DNA of 64,000 nt. It comes from Octopus sinensis. Taxonomy: Eukaryota. A program made the translations under genes and the position numbers. Shown here piece after piece: positions 1-11,752 of the stretch (within the stretch, counting starts at the first letter, position 1; each line of letters starts with the position of its first letter). The stretch lies in NCBI RefSeq assembly GCF_006345805.1, contig NC_043012.1, positions 59,148,001 through 59,212,000 of the forward strand, in the 5' to 3' direction. Below the pieces are notes generated by a model. The model saw only the letters and a program-made list of their open reading frames with translations, did not search any database and was not told where the DNA came from.

Positions 1-131
1 GGTACTTTATTTATCGATCCCGAAAGGTTGAAAGGCAAAGTCGACCTCGGCGGAATTTGAACTCAGAACGTAACGACAGACGAAATACTGCTAAGCATTT
101 CGCCCGGCGCGCTAACGTTTCTGCCAGCTCA
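1..131 (-). mobile_element. tRNA-derived SINE with Meta-type central domain (5' part, cut by window edge)
   Basis: Reverse complement gives GAGCTGGCAGAAACGTTAGCGCGCCGGGCG..GAGTTCAAATTCCGCCGAGGTCGACTTTGCCTTTCAACCTTTCGGGATCGATAAATAAAGTACC: A/B-box-like head plus the domain shared with many other copies in the window. Confidence 0.85.
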
Positions 132-1302
132 CTGACTCTTGTTGAGATGTATATAGTCATAATCTCAGCCAGCTCTCTGGTATAAACACATTTTGTGTAA
201 AAAGGGACATAACCAAAGGAACCGATCCTAAAGTATTGTCGTTGATATTCAATTTTACAAGAGATGTGAAACCAGGATAATGAGACTCACTTCTCCAACT
301 GTATTGAATTCACTTTGTACTGAGTTCATTTTGTATTTATGTTATCCCATATTCGATTCCAATATGTGTTACCTTGGATACGTTTTCTGATTTAACCTAA
401 CTTCACAATCCGACGAGTTCGACTTTGATAAAAAAAATTTCCTAGACAGTTATTCGGGTCGGCGTAATCGACTTTTCGCCTCCGCTCAAAAATACGTTAC
501 TGGTCTTGTAACAACATTTCAAAGAAAAAATTATTGCTTGGTGGGGAATTCTAAGTAATCCGTGATACTCCGATTTTCTTATTCAATTTAGTAATTAAGC
601 TTTCGTCAGATGAGTAAGAAAATTTGAAACACGTAAAATCTTTCATTTCTATATTGAGGAATATTTTCTAAAAATAGATAAAAATCAAACTTAATACCTA
701 GATATTAAAATGTTTCGCTTTGCCAATGCCGGAACTGTTAAGATGAAAAAGTTTAAAAATATCAAATAAATAATACAATAAATAGATCATAAATATATAT
801 ATATTCATATACATACATAAACACACACACACACACACAAACACACACAGATATATATATATATATATTAGCAGCCATAACAAATATATATATAAATAAC
901 AGAGAATGAAATAAGTAAAGATTATGAAAAGGAGACCAAAGAATTTATTGGATATATCATTTTTCAATAGATCAAATATGCGTGGGAACGAACTCTACGC
1001 TTTTTTTTTGTTCACATAATCAATCAATCCTCACTCACCCGACATACATGCTATATATGTGTGTGCGTGTGGGTATAATTATATTTGCATTTATATATAT
1101 TTGTATATATAAATAAATATGAATATAAATATTATATATATATAATAAATATAAATATTTATATTTATATATATTTGTATATATAAATAAATATGAATAT
1201 AAATATTTATATTTATTATATTTTTATATGTATATATATATGTATGTATAAATATTTATATACCTTATATTAACACACTCGCACACACACACAAATATAT
1301 AC

Positions 1303-1345
<43 letters not shown>

Positions 1346-1378
1346 CGTTATATACGCATATATATTTCTATATACATA

Positions 1379-1409
<31 letters not shown>

Positions 1410-1864
1410 GCTGTGTGCAAACGTGGATATATATATATATATATAATATATATATATGTGTGTGTGTGTGTGTAATATATATATATATATATATTATATA
1501 ATATATATAATATATATATATATATACATATATATATACATACATCTATATACGACCACCCTCACGACGCACACACATACACATGCACACACCACGTATG
1601 CACTCAACTTTCCTTAGCATGATATAGGCATTTCGGTTTTAAATATTATATTTACAAGAATGCAACCGTTGAAAACGGCTTCAATGGTGACTTAAACGAT
1701 TTTTTTTAATGGTAATTCTCGCTTAGAAAAAAAGCAACTGCAAACTTTAAACGAGATGTTGGTGTACCTATTGTTGTTATTCTACTTCACTGATTAAGAA
1801 AGACATTGCAGAAGTGACATTTAGTATGCACAACATTGTCCTAAACGCCCTCTACTTCACATAG

Positions 1865-1981
1865 CTTCAACAATGAAATTTACAGGACCTAACACTGATA
1901 TTAAGAGCACATCACTGGATGGGAAAACCGATAACAAAGCCAACCTCCCAAACCGAAGTCCAAACTCAGAAATGCAAAAGT
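1865..1981 (+). CDS. Candidate internal coding exon (117 nt, phase 1-1), unrecognised S/T/N/K-rich peptide
   Basis: ctctacttcacatAG acceptor and GTGAGT donor at 1982; only one open frame, STMKFTGPNTDIKSTSLDGKTDNKANLPNRSPNSEMQK. Confidence 0.35.
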
Positions 1982-2006
1982 GTGAGTAAATATATATACA
2001 TATATA

Positions 2007-2425
2007 AGGCGTAAGAGTGGCTGTGTGGTAAGTAGTTTGCTTACCAGCCACATGGTTCCGGATTCAGTCCCACTGCGTGGCACCTTAGGCAAGTGTCTTC
2101 TACTATAGCCTCGGGCCGACCAAAGCCTTGTGAGTGGATTTGGTAGACGGAAACTGAAAGAAGCCCGTCGTATATATGTATATATGCATATATATATATG
2201 TGTGCGTGTGTGTTTGTATGACTGTGTTTGTCCCCCTTGCATTGCTTGACAACCGATGCTGGTGTGTTTATGTCCCCGTTACTTAGCGGTTCGGCAAAAA
2301 GAGACCGAGAGAATAAGTACTGGGCTTACAAAAGAATAAGTCCCGGGGTCGATTTGCTCGATTAAAGGCGGTGCTCCAGCATGGCCGCAATCAAATGACT
2401 GAAACAAGTAAAAGAGTAAAAGAGT
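2007..2425 (+). mobile_element. Bipartite tRNA-derived SINE (CORE-like 5' half, internal microsatellite, 3' half with LINE-like tail)
   Basis: GGCGTAAGAGTGGCTGTGTGGTAAG..GGATTCAGTCCCACTGCGTGGCACCTTAGGCAAGTG..GAAGCCCGTCG, then (TA)/(TG), then CGATGCTGGTG..GGCGGTGCTCCAGCATGGCCGC..GAAACAAGTAAAAGAGT. Confidence 0.9.
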
Positions 2426-2889
2426 ATATATATATATATATCATATAGATATATATTATATATATTATATATAATGTGTGTGTTGTGTGTGTATATGTAT
2501 TATTTGTGTGTGTCTTGTACATAATATATGTTATATTATATATAATGTGTGTGTGTGTGTGTGTGCGTATATTTATGTCTATATATGTATATATAATATA
2601 TATATATGATATATATATACATATATACATATATATACATACATATATATATATATATATAAATAAATTCTGTACGACTCTCATTTCTTTTTCTCTTTTT
2701 CTCGCTCCCACCCTCTCTTGGCCTTCCCTTCATTCGAATATAGTGGGAGCGAGAAAAAGTAAAGTAGTAGGAACGAAGAAGGTGTGAAGGGGCCAAAGCA
2801 AAGAGAAAAAAGACTAAAAAGAAAAGAGTAGAAGAGTTGTACAGAATGTAGATAAATATATATGTACTTACATACAGGAGACCAAAATG

Positions 2890-3185
2890 CACGTATGTCA
2901 CTATATGCTTATGTAAAAAAAATGGGACAAGAACGTAACAGGCGACAACAACACATTCGGACACTTAGATAATACAAAAAATGACAGGAAGGAAAAAAGG
3001 ACGGGTCATTCGGAACTTTTAATCTTCTGTCGAGTGCCAAGATCGTCTTTGCAGTTTCGGCCACTTACTCTTGAGATTGTTCTAATCTGGCCGACCCCAA
3101 GAAAATCTTTGGAAGAAAGCAAGCGAATATACACGGACGAAAAAAAAACGGAGAAATAGTACACAATTACAAATATAAACAACAG
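2890..3185 (-). repeat. Unclassified dispersed repeat, homologous to 21930-22320
   Basis: Reverse complement shares GCTTTCTTCCAA, CAATCTCAAGA, GCCGAAAyTGC and GTTCTTGTCC blocks in the same order as 22080-22300. Confidence 0.6.
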
Positions 3186-3297
3186 GCGCCTTTAGACTAA
3201 GGACGAGTTAAATTAAGCTGCCGTGTGTGGAAATGAAGCCTTATGGTAGGAATGTAGAAGATGACAGTCACGGGAATATATATATGTATATATTATA

Positions 3298-3342
<45 letters not shown>

Positions 3343-3524
3343 ATTATGTATATATATATATATATAATATATATATATGAGTGTGTATATATTATTAACG
3401 GGAGATTAAACAATTTTGGGGTATCTTTTCAGCATTACACAGTTTCGTTTGCTGATAGACTTTACAATATTGTACATGTAAGTGAAAACACTTAAAATAT
3501 CTCTTATTAGAAATTCTGTAGAGA

Positions 3525-3776
3525 ATGAATAATAATAATAAGAATAATAATAATAATAATAATAATAATATAATAATGATGATGTGATGATAATAATAAA
3601 ATACTAATAAGAAGAAGAATGAAGAAGAAGAAGAAGAAGAAGAAAGAAGAAGAAAGAAGAAGAAGGAAGAAGAAGAAGACGAAAAGAAGAAGAAAGAAGA
3701 ATAAGAAGAAGAAGAAGAAGAGAAGAAGAAGAAGAAGAAGAAGAAGAAGAGAAAGCAGAAGAAGAAAAAGAAGGTA
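3525..3776. repeat. (AAT)n followed by (GAA)n microsatellite
   Basis: Direct reading; explains the poly-K/R ORF at 3619-3810. Confidence 0.95.
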
Positions 3777-4357
3777 TTATTTGATGCTCTGTCTCAAGAG
3801 CTTCTTATAGGAAAAATCTTAAATGTCTTATCCTACATGTACTATCGTGTATTATCAAGTAAAAGATGTGTAATGGTGTATAAAATAATACTAAGAAATT
3901 GTCCAATCTCCTGCTTTGATAAATAATAATTCTGCAGAATATATTTTCCAGTATATTCAATTCTTATGCATACATAACTCACGCAAATACATCGATATAC
4001 GGACTTGGAATACAGAAATTAGCAGATGTACTTCAAGAGGACAAACCTTGGATTTTGACTATATCTTCATAAGGTATACATGTTTGTTTTCGTGTATGTT
4101 TGTGTATGTGTTAGTATCTGTGATTGTGGACGCGCGTGTATGTGTTTGTGCGCAGGGGGTGTTTGATGGTGTTAGCAAAAATGGTCTCTCACCACGAATA
4201 CGACGGTCAAGCTTGATTCGGCCGTTTGAGCCCAATGAGCGAATTTCCTGTAACCTGTCCACTTTCTTTAAATTGTGAGGGTCCGAGTCAAATAGTTTTA
4301 AATAATAGAATATGTAATAACTTAGAATGTTCAGGAACCCTTCGTACGTCCACTCAC

Positions 4358-4767
4358 TCGTATGTGACTGTGTGGTAAGAAGCTTGATTCCCAACCACTT
4401 GGTCCCGGGTTCAGTCTTACTCCGAGGCACCTTATACAAGTGTATACTAATATAACCTTAAGCGAACCAAATCCTTGTGAGTGGATTTGGTAGACGGCCA
4501 CTGAAAGAAGCCCGTCGTATATGTATATGTGTGTGTGTACGTGTGTGTATGTATGTGAATTTGTATGTCTCTATGTGTCCCCCCACCATCGCTTGACAAC
4601 CTATGTTGGTGTGTTTACGTCCCCTTAATCTAGTAGCTCGGCGAAAGAACCGATAGCATAATTACTAGGGCTGTCAAGAATAAATCGAGAGATGGATTTG
4701 TTCGACTAAATGCGGTACTCCAGCATGGGCGCAGTAAAATGACTGAAACAAGTAAAAGAATAGAAGA
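4358..4767 (+). mobile_element. Bipartite CORE-like SINE, diverged copy
   Basis: Same head, internal TG/TA tract and tail as 2007-2425. Confidence 0.85.
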
Positions 4768-4786
4768 ATGCAGATAGATATATATT

Positions 4787-5052
4787 GTTTGTTCCTTCTC
4801 GAGTCTTCCCTGGCTCATAGGACCGGTTTCACTGTTTCCTTGGTGTATAGGTTCCCCACCTCGACGGGACACCGTTCCGTCACAAATGAGCTTCAAGATG
4901 AAAGAGCGAGAGAAAATTGTGGCGAAAGAGTCAGCAGAAGTTCGCCATTACCTTCTTCCGTAGCCACGTGGTGCTTAGGTGTTTCGCTCATAAGCGCACG
5001 TATCGCTCGGTCTGAGATTCGAACTCGTGACCCCTCGACCATGTGCCTCCAC
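4787..5052 (-). mobile_element. tRNA-derived SINE (OR1/OR2-like), V-like central motif
   Basis: Homologous to 41297-41540 and 55757-56060; reverse complement carries GGGTCACGAGTTCGAATCTCAGACCGAGCG (B box). Confidence 0.85.
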
Positions 5053-5308
5053 AGATGATATATTATATTATATTAATAAAATACAGTATGCATGATATCT
5101 GTAGCTTAAAAGCTTAAAATACCCAAACGTTTTTATCATGTATTTTCTTATTAGCATTAAGTAGCTTGTATTCCACGCATTAGTCAACCCTTTGGTTTCA
5201 TGCTCATCACCCAGATGGATAAAGGAGTGGAGAATGGAATGCATTACTCATCATCTTTCCCTTCTCGCTATGTGTCCCGCCTTTACACCGCATATGCATA
5301 TATATATA

Positions 5309-5352
<44 letters not shown>

Positions 5353-6009
5353 CCCTGAACTCATAAACGTGAAGTTTAATATTATTAAACACAGCATTCT
5401 TCGATTCCATATATGTAAATTTAGAGCTGCTTTGAAGGACTATTAGGACTTAAGCCCAAGATAAGCAAGATAGCACCGGATCAAAGAATTCCATTATCAC
5501 CATTTTAAATTTGATTAAAGTCAATCCTCAGCTGTAATATGGCTCAATCACGTACTCTCATTCTCCACAGTTCTCTCTGTATCTCCCACCCTCTCATCTT
5601 CTCTCTCTCTCTCTATCATTATATGTGTATGTGTGTAAATGTGTATAGCGATATATATATATATATATATATTATACTATATATCTATATATATAGTATA
5701 TATATATCTATATATACACATACATATATTATATATATATATATTTATATATATATATATATATACATATATAAATTATATTTATATAGATATATGCATT
5801 TGTATATATATTTATATTGTATACGCATATATATATATGTACGTATGTGTATATGATTTATATATATGCGTGTATATATATATATATATGCATATATGTA
5901 TATATATACATGTATAATATATATATGCATATACGTATATATATATATATATATATACAAGCATATAATATTTTTTTATTCTCTTACATGCATATAATGT
6001 ATATTTTAC

Positions 6010-6388
6010 ACTTTTACTTGTTTCAGTCATCTTGACAGTGGCCCTACTGGAGCCCCGCCTTTTAGTCGAAGAAATCGACGCCTGGACTTGTAAGCCTGGT
6101 ACGTATTCTATCAATCACTTTTGCCAAACCATTAAGTTTCGGGCACGTGAACACACATCGGTTGTCAAATGATTGTGTAGGGACAAACACACACACAAAA
6201 CACACACACACACATACACACACATACACACATGAATATATATATATATACATACATACGACAGGCTTCTTTCAGGTTCCGTTTACCGAATCCATTCCCA
6301 AGGCTTTGGTCGAGGCCGGGGGCTATAGTAGAAGACCACAGAGCGAAACTGAATGCGGAACCACACGGTTGGGGAACACCTGCGCCTA
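6010..6388 (-). mobile_element. Bipartite CORE-like SINE, inverted copy
   Basis: CTTTTACTTGTTTCAGTCAT tail at 6010 and head ..CCACACGG..CCTGCGCCT at about 6385 are reverse complements of the family consensus. Confidence 0.8.
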
Positions 6389-6434
6389 TATGTGAATATA
6401 TTGTAAATATACATACATATATGTATATATGTGT

Positions 6435-6558
<124 letters not shown>

Positions 6559-6644
6559 GTGTTGTGGTGTGTGGTGTATGTGTGTGTGTGTGTATATTAT
6601 ATATATGTATATATAATATATATATTGTTGTTGTTTGTCCATCT

Positions 6645-6742
6645 CGAGCCACGCCCGGCTCACTGGGTCGGTTTCCCGGTTTCCTTGGCATATAGGTTCC
6701 CCACCTGGACGGGACGCCGTCGCAGGTGTGCTGCAAGATGGT
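6645..6742 (-). mobile_element. 3' fragment of the OR1/OR2-like SINE
   Basis: CTCGAGCCACGCCCGGCTCA..GGTTCCCCACCTGGACGGGACGCCG..TGCAAGATG matches 41300-41410. Confidence 0.8.
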
Positions 6743-6749
6743 TGGCTCC

Positions 6750-6790
<41 letters not shown>

Positions 6791-7526
6791 TATTATATAC
6801 ATAAATATATAGATAGATAGATAGATAGATAGATACATACATACATACATACATACACCAATGCATATATATTAATCTGTGTGTGGTGGGGGTGCATGTA
6901 TGCGTGTATTATATACATGTGGGATTACGTCTATAAGCACATATATTTTTCTCTCTCTTGACACATTCTCTCTACTCTCTCTTGTTCTCTCTAACGTTTT
7001 TCACCCCTTTATCTTCTCTTTCTTCACTTTTATTTCCGCACCCTACCCTATTCTCCCCGCCTCTCTCGCTAACCCTTTTCCATCCCATTTTATGGCCCCC
7101 ACCCCCACACTCGCTCATTCCATTTCACTCTCTCTCTCCCTCTCATATCCTTCCTCTGCCACTCTCTCTCTCTCATTTTCTTTCCTTCCTCTCCACCCCT
7201 ATCTCTCGCTCACTCTCTCCTTTGAAGTCTAAATAATCTCCTACACAGAGTATATCTTAACAAAATAATAAAGATAGCTATAAATAAAACACGATCCCAG
7301 GCACGCAAATTGATTACCATAAGTATTTGTATGTTTATGTGTATGCTTGCGCATATCTGTGCACAAATATTAGTGCACATGTCTGTGCATACGCATGAGA
7401 GTATGCATAAAAATATAAGAAGTTGTTTGGGATAAATTTTACAGTTTGCATAACAGGAAAAATAAACAAAATAACCCATCCAAAAATGAAAGTATTTAAA
7501 AATATCAAAAGATATAAACTAGATAC

Positions 7527-7940
7527 GCGTAGGAGTGGCTGTGTGGTAAGTAGCTTGCTTACCAACCACATGGTTTCGGGTTCAGACCAACTACTTGTTA
7601 CCTTAGGCAAGTGTCCTCTACTATAGCCTCGGTGCGAGCAAAGCATTGTGAGTGGATTTGGTAGACAGAAACTGAAAGATGCCCGTGGTGTATATGCATA
7701 TGTATATATATATATATATATATATAACAAGAAAAAAGCAACAAGAATGGATTAGTTTTTCAGTACAATTGTTTCATACGAAGAACAGCTTTATTAAAAG
7801 CTGCAAATATTGCAGCAAATACAAGTGTCCCGTACTACTACATATGTATGTATATGTTTTGGTGTGTGCGTTTGTCCCCTCAGCATCACTTGACAACCGA
7901 TGCTGATGTGTTTACGTCCCTGTAACTTAGCGGTTCGGCG
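7527..7940 (+). mobile_element. Bipartite CORE-like SINE, 3'-truncated
   Basis: Family head and internal tract present; stops at GGCGAAAGAGACC, where an inverted Meta-type head begins. Confidence 0.85.
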
Positions 7941-8041
7941 AAAGAGACCTCGGCTGAATTTGAACTCAAAACGTAACGGCAGACGAAATACGGCTACGCT
8001 TTTCGCCCGGCGTGATAACGTTTCTGCCACCTCGCCGCCTT
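7936..8041 (-). mobile_element. Meta-type SINE head fragment
   Basis: GACCTCGGCTGAATTTGAACTC..CGTTTCTGCCACCTCGCCGCCTT matches 43-130 and 52553-52650. Confidence 0.85.
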
Positions 8042-8174
8042 GTTCCTGTTGCTACTTTACCTCGGATCTTGTAGAACTATTAAGATTAGAGGCGCTGGAT
8101 CTCTGACCAACTTATATTTTTAATGCAATTTTATTCAAGTTGACCTTCTTTAATCCATATAGTAATTTGTGAAG

Positions 8175-8500
8175 CCGAATGGTTCAATGGTTAGAGCATC
8201 GGGCTCACAATCTTGAGGTAGTGAGTTCAATTCCCGGACAGGGTTGTGTGTTGTATTGTGTTGTGTTCTTGAGCAAGACACTATACTTCACGTTGCTCCA
8301 GTTCACTCAGCTGTAGAAATGATTTGCGATGTCACGTCTGCCAAGCTCTATCGGCCTTTCTGGATAACATCGGCGGTGTGTACAGTGGAGGCTGCTATGC
8401 ATGGGTGTGACTGCTGGCCTTCCATAAACAACTATGCCCGGACCTACGCCTCGGAGGAGAACATTCTAAGTGCAATCCTATGGGCATTCATAACCGAAGG
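8175..8500 (+). mobile_element. tRNA-derived SINE with Nin/Deu-like domain
   Basis: GGTTCAATGGTTAGAGCATCGGGCTCAC..GAGTTCAATTCCCGG head followed by GTGTTCTTGAGCAAGACACT..TTGCTCCAGTTCACTCAGCTG. Confidence 0.75.
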
Positions 8501-9035
8501 GGGGGGTCTTTATTTTTCATTTATGCAGTTTAAGAAAACTTTGCTTGCTATTTCTAGCACTTTGAGAGAGCGTGTAGAGGCATCATCAATCTTTGGTTCG
8601 TTACTTGTGTTAATGTTATCAATAATTATATCCGTGTTAGTCAGCTTTAATAATATTTTCTTTCAAATATTTTCCACGCCATATATTAAAAAAAAAAAAA
8701 CGAAGAACAAACAAATACAACGAAACCAAAATGCGATTTATCACGTAACTAATTTAGAAATGATATTTTACAATTAAGAAGTAATTAAATAAATTATACT
8801 TAAAACAATAACAATAGGATACGCAAAGATATAATCAATATTTAGTTATAACACCGGGATATTTTCTACAAAATTACAGCTTATATATCTTCAGTTTACT
8901 AAGGAGACAGCGAGAGAGAAAGAGAAAGAGAGACAGACAGACAGACAGACAGAGAGAATGTATTGGTTTCTTAACAGACACAAAGCGATAGATTTCAGAA
9001 GAGGCAAAGAGTGGGTTAAATTGTGCATGTCTATC

Positions 9036-9160
9036 TAAAGTAGTAGTAGTTGTAGTAGTAGTAGTAGCAGTAGCAGCAGCAGTTACAGCAGCAGTTGTTG
9101 TAGTAGTAGTAGTAGTAGTAGTAGTGCTGGTAGTAGTAGTAGTAGTAGTAGTAGTAGTGC

Positions 9161-9191
<31 letters not shown>

Positions 9192-9206
9192 TGCAGCAGC
9201 AGCTGC

Positions 9207-9256
<50 letters not shown>

Positions 9257-9299
9257 CAGCAGCAGTTACAGCAGCAGCAGTTGTAGTAGTAGTAGTAGC

Positions 9300-9341
<42 letters not shown>

Positions 9342-9445
9342 GGTAATAGTAGTAGTAGTAGTAGTAGTAGTTAGTAGTAGTAGTAGTAGTTGCAGCAGCA
9401 GCAACAGCTGCAGTAGTAGTAGTATTAGTAACAGCAGCAGTTGTA
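9036..9445. repeat. (TAG)n microsatellite interspersed with (CAG)n blocks
   Basis: Direct reading; source of the poly-T, poly-V and poly-Y ORFs. Confidence 0.95.
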
Positions 9446-9718
9446 GCTATCCAACCCTCCTCATCCCTGAACATGTTGTTGATCTTGACTTTCATTCAGA
9501 ATTTAGCGCAAATTAAATATAATTTATTTCAGTGCCGCTAAGACGAAGACAAAAAATTTCTAGGCAGGAGCAGGAGTTGTAGTAGTAACTGCACCCGAGT
9601 TTACTTACTTTATTGATGGAAATTGATGATTTCGAACCCGGCAGATATAGTTACGAAACTAACCACAGAAAGACATTTTGGCTAATGGTCTAACATTGCT
9701 GATTATCACTGCTTTTAA

Positions 9719-10345
9719 GGCGGTGAGCTCGAAGAAGCGTTAGCACGCCGGGCAAAATGCGTAGCCGCATTTTGTCTGCCGTTACGTTCTAAGTTCAATT
9801 CCGCCGAGGTCGACTTGGCCTTTCATCGTTTCGGGGTCGATAAATTAAGTACCAGTTACGAACTGGAGTCGATATAATCGACTTAATCTGTTTGTCTGTC
9901 CTTGTTCGTCCCTGCTGTGTTTAGCCCCTTGTGGGTAGTAAAGAAATAGGCATTTCCGCTGTCTTTGTCTGCCGTATTTCGTCTGCCGTTACGTTCTAAG
10001 TTCAAATTCCACCGAGGTCGACTTTGCCTTTCATCCTTTCGGCGGCGATAAATTAAGTACCAGTTACGAACTGGAGTCGATGTAATCGACTTAATCCCCT
10101 TGTCTGTCCTTGTTTGCCCCCTCTATGTTTAGCCCCTTGTGGGCAATAAAGAAAAAAGAAACGTTAGCACGCCTTTACGTCTGCCTTTACGTTCTGAGTT
10201 GAAATTCCGCCGAATTCGACTTTGCCTTTCATCCTTTTGGGTCGATAAATTATGTACCAGTTGCGTACTGGTGTCGATCTAATAATCGACTGGCTCCCTC
10301 CGCCAAAATTCGGGCCTTGTGCCTAGAGTAGAAAAGGATTATCAA
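9719..10345 (+). mobile_element. Head-to-tail trimer of Meta-type SINE units (tail A, tail A, tail B)
   Basis: Three successive GTCGACTTTGCCTTTCATCCTTTCGGGGTCGATAAATTAAGTACCAG-like cores near 9810, 10015 and 10215. Confidence 0.85.
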
Positions 10346-10362
10346 TGCTGCTTTTTTTTTTT

Positions 10363-10705
10363 TGCGTGGCACCTTGGGCAACTGTCTTCTAGTATAACCT
10401 CGGGCCGACCAATGCCTTGTGAGTGGATTTGGTAGACGGAAACTGAAAGAAGCCCGTCGTATATATGTATATATATATATGTATGTGTGTGCATATGTTT
10501 GTGTGTATGTTTGTGTTTGTCCCCCCAACATCGCTTGACAACCGATGCTGGTATGTTTACGTCCCCGTAACTTAGCGATTCGGCAAAAGAGACCGATAGA
10601 ATAAGTACTAGGCTTACAAAGAATAAGTCCTGGGGTCGATTTGCTCGACTAAAGACGGTGCTCCAGCATGGCAGCAGTCAAATGACTGAAACAAGTAAAA
10701 GAGTA
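10363..10705 (+). mobile_element. Bipartite CORE-like SINE, 5'-truncated
   Basis: Starts at GCGTGGCACCTTGGGCAA; full 3' half and tail present. Confidence 0.9.
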
Positions 10706-10859
10706 GAAAGCAGAAAGCCGGTAGTTTTGAAGGGAGGGTGTTAGCTTACAGTTCTCACAGTTGTTCTGGATTAGAACTTGATCTTATTGATCACACAGAG
10801 AGAAAAGTCGAAGAAATCTGAAAACAAAAGCAAGTGACATTCTAAAGTGTGACCTCAAT

Positions 10860-11135
10860 GAAGGTTTCAGTTGATCCGATAAACGGAACAGACTGGTCGT
10901 GGAATTAACTTGCAAGTACTCCACAGACACGCTTACCCATTTCATAGTTTTGAAGGAGATTCAGCGTGACACAGAATGTGACAAGGCTTCCCCTTTGAAT
11001 TACTGATTTTTACCAGCTGAATGGACTGGAAGAACGTGAAATATGCATCGTGCTCAAGAACACAATGTGCTTCCGAGTATCGAACACCTAGCCTTAAGAC
11101 AGAGAGCCGAATGCCCCAACCACTAAACCACGGAA
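10860..11135 (-). mobile_element. Nin/Deu-like SINE
   Basis: Homologous to 20878-21185 and 31917-32215 (GTTGATCCGAT..TGTGACAAGG..GGACTGGA..CAACGTGAAAT..GCTCAAGAACACAA). Confidence 0.8.
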
Positions 11136-11611
11136 GTGGGAATTTTTACCCAGAATTTAAAGAAGGGGATGAATAGTGCAATTATTCTTTCTGACGCTCC
11201 AATGATGTTGTTAATCCATGACCGAATAATAATCACTTCCTACCTTGAAGGGAAGGGATTAATTTATAACCAAAAATATCCCCAGTACTTTGCGAAAAGA
11301 TGAAAGGCAAAACTAACTCTCAGAGGAATTTAAATGCGGATCAGAAGCGACCGGGATAATTTACGGAATACTTGTTCAGGTGCTTTAACTATTTTGTTTC
11401 CTCACTGCCTTTCTTAAGCAGAATAATGATTTAAACAGTTTCAAATATTAGTAGAAGGCCAGCCGATTTTTCGTGGAAAGAGGAAATCGATCCACCTCAG
11501 TACTGAACTGCCCCCTATTTCTTCGACCCCGAAATGATGAAAGATAAATTTAACTTTAGCAGATTTTGAATTTATATTTTAAAAGCAGAACGAAATACCG
11601 CAAAGCACATT

Positions 11612-11752
11612 TTTTTTGCTCCAGTCCACTCAGCAAAAATGAGTAACGCTGCGATGGACTGGCGTCCTGTCCAGCTGGGGAGCACATACGCCATAGAAAT
11701 CGGGAAACCGGGCCCATGAGCCTGGCTAGGCTTTAAAAGGGCGCATTTATTA
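11612..11752 (+). mobile_element. SINE fragment joining a Nin-like domain to a V-like motif and OR-type tail
   Basis: TTGCTCCAGTCCACTCAGC..GATGGACTGGCGTCCTGTCCAGCTGGGG..GGGAAACCGGGCCCATGAGCCTGGC. Confidence 0.65.

Noticed and set aside
3938-4073. Candidate + strand exon (acceptor at 3937 or 3951, AAG|GTATAC donor)
   Set aside because: The donor is weak, joining to 1981 gives a stop or a frame conflict, and the peptide is unrecognised.
8244-8777. 177 aa ORF
   Set aside because: It begins inside a SINE, runs into AT-rich low-complexity DNA, and has no recognisable motif.
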